This document shows positions 14,986 to 22,204 of a stretch of DNA of 32,000 nucleotides, piece after piece. The stretch's first letter is position 1, and every line of letters begins with the position of its first letter. The notes under the pieces are model-generated. The model was not told where the DNA came from. It made no database searches and was given only the letters and a program-made list of their open reading frames with translations. The DNA is from Cylindrospermopsis raciborskii Cr2010 (GTDB taxonomy: Bacteria > Cyanobacteriota > Cyanobacteriia > Cyanobacteriales > Nostocaceae), in assembly GCF_003367075.2 (NCBI RefSeq), contig NZ_CP065936.1, forward strand, positions 1,830,001 to 1,862,000. The letters are read 5' to 3'. Position numbers and translations under genes: made by a program.

Positions 14986-15883
14986 ATTGTAATTGGGCTA
15001 TTGATTGATTCAAAATACCAATTTCATTACGCAGGTGATTAACTTCCTGCTCAAATTGACTTCTTTGACTATCTATTTGTGCTTGTTGTAATTCACGACC
15101 CTTAATTTTTTCCGCCAGGTCTATTTGTAGCCTCCTATTATTTTCTTGTAATTGTTGTTCTCTTTCTCGGGCTAAGGTATGTTCTAAAGTGATCAAAATA
15201 ATCGTTACCACAATGGCAATTATAGTTACAGTATAAGACTCAATCCAACCACTAGTGGAAAAAGGATTATTAATCCATTTAATAATATCATCCTTAAATG
15301 TTCGTTTAGGTATTCTAATATAGTAAACTCTGCCGATTATGCGACCTTTATTAATAAATTTTGTAGCAGTTCGTTCAGTTGCACGAGGATTAGCATATAC
15401 CCCTTGAGGAAAAATAGGAGGAGGATCAAGCAGCACGTCATAAGGATGATTTTTTAGTTCTTCAGGGTTAAGAGCTGCTTTCCAGGATATGGGTCTTGAA
15501 GAATTTTTACCAGAATAGGAGATAATATTTTTTCCGGTTGCATCTGTAACTATTAAACCAAATAAACTATAGTTACTGTCTAAAGTACGTTGAATTTCTT
15601 CCTGGTTTTGTTTTATTATCACATAAGAAAGTTTAGTTGGTAATGTGTGAGATAACATATTAAAATCAACGGTTTGAACCCGAAATATAGTTTTATTCCA
15701 GTAGTCTTCATGAATATTAGATGCAATTATACTGCCTATACCTGTAAATACAGATGTTATTATACTTAGTCTAACTAATGCTTCTTTTCTCCTAGTTATG
15801 CTCATCATCCTTCTTATTAATGTAATAATCATTTTATACTCCTTAACTTGGTAAACAAACGAAGGTATAAATACTGTAATCAT
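14933..15883 (-). CDS. Membrane-anchored sensor-like protein with extracytoplasmic domain, two TM segments and C-terminal coiled coil
   Basis: 316 aa. N-terminal hydrophobic segment, central domain, second TM VTIIAIVVTIILITL, then a long EREQQLQENNRRLQ...QSQSQ coiled coil. Confidence 0.55.
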   Translation of the reverse strand: MITVFIPSFVYQVKEYKMIITLIRRMMSITRRKEALVRLSIITSVFTGIGSIIASNIHEDYWNKTIFRVQTVDFNMLSHTLPTKLSYVIIKQNQEEIQRTLDSNYSLFGLIVTDATGKNIISYSGKNSSRPISWKAALNPEELKNHPYDVLLDPPPIFPQGVYANPRATERTATKFINKGRIIGRVYYIRIPKRTFKDDIIKWINNPFSTSGWIESYTVTIIAIVVTIILITLEHTLAREREQQLQENNRRLQIDLAEKIKGRELQQAQIDSQRSQFEQEVNHLRNEIGILNQSIAQLQSQSQNKRKRSRNSVIVG

Positions 15884-15952
15884 AATATTATAGTATTAAT
15901 GAACATGGACTCTAGTTTAGTCCTTATGATTTTTTCTCATAGGTAGCACTTA

Positions 15953-16106
15953 CAAAACAGGAACAATAAGCGATCGCATTTATTACTGGAGTTTAGATTA
16001 AAATGGGGAGCGATCGCTGCCCATAATAGAAGTTTATCTGCGTGCGATCGCCTGTGATTTCTATATACTCCTAAATAAGACCACAGATATTTTTAAAAAC
16101 CAAAAC
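15953..16106. repeat. Dispersed HIP1-containing repeat, copy 1
   Basis: Module a, AACAGGAACAATAAGCGATCGCATTTATT, is followed by module b, CTGGAGTTTAGATT...TATATACTCCTAAATAAGACCACAGATATTTTTAAAAACCAA. Both modules recur at 19397-19553. Confidence 0.8.
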
Positions 16107-16150
16107 CAAAGTGCTAAAACTGAGTCGATGATTTTAATTTGTAACTGTTA

Positions 16151-16729
16151 TCAAGCTAATTCCTCAAAAACAATATCCTCATAAACCGACTGAATGGGAA
16201 AACTTAAATCAATACTTTGTAGCTCGATATTATCCCCCGACTGATAATTAAAAATCTCCCAATTACCCCGATCATTTTTGCGGTATAAATCAATCGCTAT
16301 TTTCTCAGCATCAACTAAAAGATAATCTTGCAAACTAGGATTGCGACGATACAATCTAAATTTATCCCCTCGGTCATAACTGGCCGTACTGGGAGATAAA
16401 ACCTCAACAATTAGACAGGGATATTGAATTGCTTGGATTGCAGTGCGATCGCCCTCGTCACAAGTAACGCTCACATCAGGATAAACATAATCTTTTGTTT
16501 CCAAAATATTTACACGACAATCGGAATTACCAACCTGACAACCACTACCCCGTAAATGACCTTTAACAATGAAAATAATATTACTAGCAATTCGTCCATG
16601 ATTTTGAGTTCCCCCAGTCATAGCGTAAACTTCACCATTAATATACTCATGGCGAAGCAGTTGTTTTTCTTCCCAGACAAAATATTCTTCGGGTGTTAAC
16701 TTAGGAAACTTGTCTTTTACAGCAATCAT
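16151..16729 (-). CDS. Uma2 family endonuclease (DUF820)
   Basis: 192 aa with LTPEEYFVWEEKQLLRHEYINGEVYAMTGG, YVYPDVSVTCDEGD and LIVEVLSPSTASYDRGDKFRLYRRNPSLQDYLLV. Confidence 0.9.
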   Translation of the reverse strand: MIAVKDKFPKLTPEEYFVWEEKQLLRHEYINGEVYAMTGGTQNHGRIASNIIFIVKGHLRGSGCQVGNSDCRVNILETKDYVYPDVSVTCDEGDRTAIQAIQYPCLIVEVLSPSTASYDRGDKFRLYRRNPSLQDYLLVDAEKIAIDLYRKNDRGNWEIFNYQSGDNIELQSIDLSFPIQSVYEDIVFEELA

Positions 16730-16746
16730 TTTTTGTTACCTCATCT

Positions 16747-17088
16747 ATGGTTGACCAAATTAAAATCGCTTTTATCAACAATACCTTGCCTATTTTTTGT
16801 AGCGACAGGGGAACCCAACCCATTTGTTCGGTTTGTAGGAGTATGTCACCTAACTGTATTTTAGTTAACTCCTTGCCAATAATGCAAATTTATCGCGAGA
16901 TCGCCACGAAATTAACCATTAAATTAATCCACGCCTGGAGATTGTCTGTGGGGATACCCTTAACCTGGGAACCAGTAAGAGAGAAATTTGGCTCACCCAT
17001 TAGAATCACATCCGGGTATCGTCCACCCGCAGTCAATAGTTCCCTAGGTGGTGCGCGTAACAGTCAGCATCTTTACTTTCGCGCCTAA
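16747..17088 (+). pseudogene. Degraded peptidase M15-like (D-Ala-D-Ala carboxypeptidase-like) fragment
   Basis: The C-terminal part VREKFGSPIRITSGYRPPAVNSSLGGARNSQHLYFRA* matches the M15A core, but the frame stops where the catalytic half should continue. Confidence 0.6.
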
Positions 17089-17106
17089 GTTTGGCTAAGT
17101 TTAATG

Positions 17107-18870
17107 TTATGTTTCGGGGTAATTATAGGGAAAGACTGTAATAGTTTTATCTCCACTCCCAGTGGCTAGAAGTTTGCCATTAGGACTAAAAGTAATTGTA
17201 TAAATGGCATCTTCGGCACATTTGACTGTGGAGATTTCTTCACCGCTCTCTAGGTTCCACAACTTTGCAGTTTTATCTTTACTCCCACTAGCTACTATGT
17301 TCCCATCGGGACTAATGGCAATGGTATAAACAGCTTGAGAGTGTCCATTTAAAGTTCTAATTTCTTCCCCAGTTTCCACATTCCATAATTTAATGATTGT
17401 ATCATTACCACCACTCACCAATATTTGATTATTAGGGGTAAAGGCTAAAGCATTTATTCCCCCATTAAACCAGTTGGAATTCACTACTATGGTTCTGACT
17501 TGTTTCTCAGCTAGTTTTAAAATCATAATGGTTCCATCACGACTACCACTAGCTAATAGCTGACCATCAGGACTAAAAGCTACACATAAAACACCATCTG
17601 AATGACCCTGGAAAGAATAAATTTCTTCACCACTTTCTAAATTCCACAACTTAATAGTTTTGTCATTGCTTCCACTAGCTAGGATTTTACCTAAAGGACT
17701 GAAAACTAAAGAGTTTACCTGTTCTTGGTGTCCTGTTAACGTGATGATTTTTTCACCGCTAGTGAAGTTCCATAATCTAATGGTTTTATCTTTACTTGCA
17801 CTAGCTACTATGTTCCCATCGGGACTAACTGCTACTGAGTTAATACCTCCATTCCAGGGAGAATCTTGATGTGCTGGTAGGGTGCGATGAGTCTGAGTTA
17901 TTAAATCCCAAATTTTGATTGTTTTATCATCACTACCACTAACTAAATTTCTACCATCAGGACTAAAAGCTACTGCGGAAACTTTAGACTCATGACCTTT
18001 TAAATTTTGTACAAATAATAATTGGTTGAGATTTTCATCTACACTTGCTTCCGATTTAGATGTGGCAAGAATTACCTGATTAAATTTTCCTGTGATTGGT
18101 GAAGTTTCTATATTTTCAATACATGATGTTTTGGGAGTATTGAAATTAGGTTCTTCGGTTTCTTCTAAATTGCTTACTGTGATTAAATCATCAAAGCACC
18201 TATCTAATTCTGTCAAAGAGTTATTCACGGATTCAAAAAGTTCATTGAATCTAGAATTTTCATGATTTTGATTCTGTTTGAGTTGATTAAATTCACCAAT
18301 TGTGACGAAGTTTTGATGACAAGCTTCATGTAGTTTCTGGATTGAATCATCCAGATTTTCACAGCGAGACTCAATCTGGTCAATTTGTTGACTAATTTCG
18401 GTTAATTCTAATTTATTTTCTGTTTGCTCTAGTAAGTTTTTAATTTCACTGTCTATTGTATTTAGGCGATTATATATATCACTAATTTGTTGAGGAATTT
18501 CTTCGGTTGATACTAGCAATTTTTGTATAGAAATTTGAATTTTCTGATCAATTATTTCGTTTAGTTGTTGTTTCCAAATTTCAATTTTTTTGATTCTTTC
18601 ATTAGATTGGTTCATTGTTTGTTTAATTTCATCAACTTGATTTGTCAGATTTGTCATATTTATTTGTAGTGTTGTAATTTGTGGAATTTGTGATGATGAC
18701 CAAGCATGATTATACCTAACATAATTTCCTAAGTGCAATAGCAATATATCTAATAGGATAGGTATAACCATATATAGTATGTCTTTGGTAGCCAAGAATG
18801 CGATCACACCCAAAGACAGAAGGCTTAAACCAATATATTCCCTAGCTTGGATTTCTGGAATTTTACTCAT
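17107..18870 (-). CDS. Membrane-anchored coiled-coil protein with C-terminal WD40 repeats
   Basis: 587 aa. N-terminal hydrophobic segment, long coiled coil, then repeated GHxxxVxxVAFSPDGxxLxSGSxDxTIxxW units. Confidence 0.9.
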   Translation of the reverse strand: MSKIPEIQAREYIGLSLLSLGVIAFLATKDILYMVIPILLDILLLHLGNYVRYNHAWSSSQIPQITTLQINMTNLTNQVDEIKQTMNQSNERIKKIEIWKQQLNEIIDQKIQISIQKLLVSTEEIPQQISDIYNRLNTIDSEIKNLLEQTENKLELTEISQQIDQIESRCENLDDSIQKLHEACHQNFVTIGEFNQLKQNQNHENSRFNELFESVNNSLTELDRCFDDLITVSNLEETEEPNFNTPKTSCIENIETSPITGKFNQVILATSKSEASVDENLNQLLFVQNLKGHESKVSAVAFSPDGRNLVSGSDDKTIKIWDLITQTHRTLPAHQDSPWNGGINSVAVSPDGNIVASASKDKTIRLWNFTSGEKIITLTGHQEQVNSLVFSPLGKILASGSNDKTIKLWNLESGEEIYSFQGHSDGVLCVAFSPDGQLLASGSRDGTIMILKLAEKQVRTIVVNSNWFNGGINALAFTPNNQILVSGGNDTIIKLWNVETGEEIRTLNGHSQAVYTIAISPDGNIVASGSKDKTAKLWNLESGEEISTVKCAEDAIYTITFSPNGKLLATGSGDKTITVFPYNYPET

Positions 18871-18889
18871 ATTTATCTACTGATTTATT

Positions 18890-19135
18890 TTATTTTTTTA
18901 GGATCTCATTTACAGTTAACTTCACCTCAGAAAATAAAGGGGAACAAATCACCTCATCACCCGTAAAAACCTGCTCCTCATATAAACCTTCCACCCACTC
19001 CAAAACAGTCACCTTTTGCGCCATCGGAAGGTTGGTTTGAGCATCACTTTCTGGGTAGACAATTTCAGGCGCGATTGTCTCCCCAAGCTGATTTTTATTG
19101 GAATTTGCCTCATCATATCTATACCTCCCATTCAC
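18890..19135 (-). CDS. Small hypothetical protein, possibly a C-terminal Uma2-like remnant
   Basis: 81-aa ORF, 19 nt upstream of the WD40 gene. The tail EEQVFTGDEVICSPLFSEVKLTVNEILKK resembles Uma2 C-termini by eye only. Confidence 0.35.
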   Translation of the reverse strand: MNGRYRYDEANSNKNQLGETIAPEIVYPESDAQTNLPMAQKVTVLEWVEGLYEEQVFTGDEVICSPLFSEVKLTVNEILKK

Positions 19136-19396
19136 TTTGGTACTGACTCAATCGGTTTAATTTACTATAACATGGCTTCTGTAGGGATGTATTGCATACC
19201 TTCACTTAAAATTAATTGGGTTGACTTTAGCAGGAGGAAGGTTTTTAAAAATCTTTCTCCCGGGGGGACATTTTGGTGCACGTAATAGTTTGCGACACCC
19301 CCTACATTATCATACATTTAGCCTACTTATTTGGTGATTCTTATGACCACTCCCTTTTCTTTCAGCTTAGATATTGAATTATCTCTATCTAACTAA

Positions 19397-19553
19397 CTGG
19401 AGTTTAGATTGAAGAGAGGAGCGATCGCCTGTATGGAGTGCTTCGCGATCGCCTGTGGTTTTTATATACTCCTAAATAAGACCATAGATATTTTTAAAAA
19501 CCAACTCTCACCCACTTAGCACAAACAGGAACAATAAGCGATCGCATTTATTG
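19397..19553. repeat. Dispersed HIP1-containing repeat, copy 2 (modules in swapped order)
   Basis: Module b at 19397-19504, then module a (ACAAACAGGAACAATAAGCGATCGCATTTATT) at 19521-19552. Confidence 0.8.
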
Positions 19554-19563
19554 CATTTATCGA

Positions 19564-19671
19564 TTATATAATTTGAGAGTGCGATCGCACATCCTTAAAA
19601 CGCCCGTTAGCAATTAGATCAGCCATCTTTTCTGACCAGAGAACAAAATCTTGTTCATACAAAGTTGTCAT
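19564..19671 (-). pseudogene. N-terminal fragment of a DUF29 family protein
   Basis: The minus strand reads MTTLYEQDFVLWSEKMADLIANGRFKDVRSHSQII*, a DUF29-like N-terminus that stops just after a GTGCGATCGCAC palindrome. Confidence 0.6.
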
Positions 19672-19782
19672 AGTTTTAAAATGCTGGTTTTACTATTTTA
19701 ACAAGCGATCGCCCAGTGATAAGTAGGGAGGCACAATTTTCCAGTTAGGTTATTATTAAGTAAAAAGTAAAGGAATAAATCT

Positions 19783-20043
19783 ATGAATACTCGTGAAGTT
19801 GTGGTTAATAAGTTACAACAATTACCAGATCCTCTGATATCAAGAGTGGATGAGTTTATTAATTTCTTAATTGCACAAAAGCAAAATCAAGTAGTTAATG
19901 TTCAATCTTCAGAATCTTTAACAGATAGGTGGAAGCGGTGGTTTGAAAAGGTTGATCAATTACCTATACTAAATCATGAACCGCAGAATGAGTATCAACA
20001 ACGTTTGCTCCAAAAATATCGTCAGCAGAGTTTAGATTTATGA
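19783..20043 (+). CDS. Antitoxin-like small protein (DUF2281-like)
   Basis: 86 aa (MNTREVVVNKLQQLPDPLISRVDEFINFLIAQK...) with a start-stop overlap to a PIN-domain toxin fragment. Confidence 0.6.
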   Translation: MNTREVVVNKLQQLPDPLISRVDEFINFLIAQKQNQVVNVQSSESLTDRWKRWFEKVDQLPILNHEPQNEYQQRLLQKYRQQSLDL

Positions 20044-20171
20044 TTCTGTGTGATGCGGGAGTTTTGCTTTGTTTAGTAGATTACACACAACCTCAACATC
20101 AAATTTATAAAAATCTGGTGATGCGTGTCAGTAAACCTATGGTTACAACTCACCTACTTACATCAGATTAA
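20040..20171 (+). pseudogene. Truncated PIN-domain toxin (VapC-like)
   Basis: ATG overlaps the antitoxin stop (ATGA). Reads MILCDAGVLLCLVDYTQPQHQIYKNLVMRVSKPMVTTHLLTSD*; only about 43 aa of a domain that is normally about 130 aa. Confidence 0.7.
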
Positions 20172-22204
20172 TCGACAGGGTCACAACGGAGAAATGTGAC
20201 CTCAAAAGCTTTACACCCCCGGAACTCCTGCAATCGGTTTGGAATCGAGAACACATCTTTTAGGTCGTAGTGCTGAAATATGTCTAATCCCCTGTCTAAT
20301 AATATCTTCCAGCCTGTATCTGTCACTATGTGTCGAGCGTGAATGGTAGAAGTACCATCAAATTCCCACTTGAAATCAATCCCAGCAATACTACAGGAAT
20401 CTTGTATCTTCACTAAATACTCAACCTGTTGCTCCCCTTTTAATTCATCTAGGGTTGTAATTAAATTAATCTTTACTTCGTCTCTGTTGGGCTTTAACTT
20501 GATTACGGTTTCTATCAAGTCCATTAAGTTGCAGGCCTGGTGAAAAACTCGGATGTAGGGATCGGTAATGGTAATCTCCTTTGCACCCTCTAAATAGGGA
20601 CCTAACAGGGTGTCAAATGAAACCCCTCGCTGATTCTCTTTAAAGGTCAGGTGCGCTTCCTGTGGAAAAACTTCTCCATCCTCTTCCCATAATGATGGTC
20701 TCTCTTTCTCTTCGGTCAGGATCTGGTGGTAGAAGCTGGCATACTCTTCTTCTTCCAGGGTGGTGACAGTTTTACAGGTGCCCTTTCTATTTTCGTAGGC
20801 AAAGTTAACTTTCCTATAGGTAGAATCTATGCGCAATAGCTGATCTTTAACCCGCTTGCGCCCCTCTATGGCAATTTGTAACATTTCCTCTACCTCGGAC
20901 TCTGTCCCACTACCCTGGGGAAAAAGGAGTTTCATTAAACCGGAAAAGGTCTTTTGAATACCATCGCGATCGCGGGTGGAAATATCAGGAGAAAGGGAAA
21001 AGTAAGTATGATAGTAATCTGAGTAATCAAGGTTACGCATGGCTCGGAGAATTTCCGCTAGGTAGTCTACGACAAAACCATAGCCATTGCAGAACATTTC
21101 CCCCCGGATGATGTCCACTTCCCATCCGGGAATGTAAAAATGAATGCGATCCAGGAAGGCGGAATCGTGGAATTTGTCGGGAAGTTCTTCAAAAAGATCG
21201 GAGTGCTTGAGCATATAGGGGACTGTATGCTTGGTGTTACCTACAAATACCATGGAGGCTTCGGCTCCAAGGGTTTCTATACCTCGTGAAAAGGATTTGT
21301 TGGCCATGTAGTTCTTCATGATGTCTACAAGAGATTTATTCACACTCTTTTGCTTACCAGCAAACTCATCAAAGGCCACCACATCCCAATAACCAACTAA
21401 ACCAATCCTACCAGTGGAATTATTGACAAACAATTTGGCTACGGTTACTTCGCCACCGGAGATGAGGATGCCATGGGGGGAGAATTCGGAAAAAATGTGG
21501 GATTTGCCAGTCCCCTTGGGTCCAAGCTCAATTAGGTTATAGTTGCGCTCACAAAATGGAATCAGACGGATGAGCTGAAGTAGCTTGCTTCGCCTACCAA
21601 ACATCTCGGGGTTAAAACCAATACTCTGGACTAGTAAGTCAATCCATTCTTCCGTGGTGAATGCTTGGCGGGCCTGCACGTAAGTATCAAAATCAAAGTA
21701 AGATAGTTGAATGGGTTTTAGGGAGGCCAGAATCCAGGGACTAGAATTCTTATCTTCGCTAAATTCGTATTCCAGGTCTGCAATGCACCACACTCCACTC
21801 ACTAGGAGTTTGGGGTGGCTCTTGACTGTGCTAGAATCAACTAACACCTTCTTAATGCCCAGATTGCCAAACTCGGCTTCATACACATCCGCCTTTTCGT
21901 TCAACTCAACGCTGATCTTATCTATGACCTTATAACGTCCCTTTTCCCTAATATTAGAGCGAATCAGCCCTGCTTCGTTGCGATGGACATAATGTTTCCG
22001 CAATATTTCCTTAACTGTTTCAATCCCTGTGTTAATAGTGGCTTCGTCATTGGTGGCACAATACTGACCGAGAAGGTATTCGAGTACATAGGAAGGAACG
22101 ATGGCGTTACCTTTGACCGTCTTAACCAGGTCTTTTCGCACCACAAGTCCAGGAAAATGGGCATTTATCTTTTGATCCAGGTTGTTCAAAGCAGTTCCTC
22201 CCAC
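20168..22204 (-). CDS. brxL: BREX system Lon protease-like protein BrxL
   Basis: 678 aa. Opens LDQKINAHFPGLVVRKDLVKTVKGNAIVPSYVLEYLLGQYCA; ELGPKGTGKSHIFSEFSPHGILISGGEVTVAKLFVNNSTGRIGLVGYWDVVAFDEFAG carries the Walker region. Confidence 0.93.
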   Translation of the reverse strand: MGGTALNNLDQKINAHFPGLVVRKDLVKTVKGNAIVPSYVLEYLLGQYCATNDEATINTGIETVKEILRKHYVHRNEAGLIRSNIREKGRYKVIDKISVELNEKADVYEAEFGNLGIKKVLVDSSTVKSHPKLLVSGVWCIADLEYEFSEDKNSSPWILASLKPIQLSYFDFDTYVQARQAFTTEEWIDLLVQSIGFNPEMFGRRSKLLQLIRLIPFCERNYNLIELGPKGTGKSHIFSEFSPHGILISGGEVTVAKLFVNNSTGRIGLVGYWDVVAFDEFAGKQKSVNKSLVDIMKNYMANKSFSRGIETLGAEASMVFVGNTKHTVPYMLKHSDLFEELPDKFHDSAFLDRIHFYIPGWEVDIIRGEMFCNGYGFVVDYLAEILRAMRNLDYSDYYHTYFSLSPDISTRDRDGIQKTFSGLMKLLFPQGSGTESEVEEMLQIAIEGRKRVKDQLLRIDSTYRKVNFAYENRKGTCKTVTTLEEEEYASFYHQILTEEKERPSLWEEDGEVFPQEAHLTFKENQRGVSFDTLLGPYLEGAKEITITDPYIRVFHQACNLMDLIETVIKLKPNRDEVKINLITTLDELKGEQQVEYLVKIQDSCSIAGIDFKWEFDGTSTIHARHIVTDTGWKILLDRGLDIFQHYDLKDVFSIPNRLQEFRGCKAFEVTFLRCDPVD

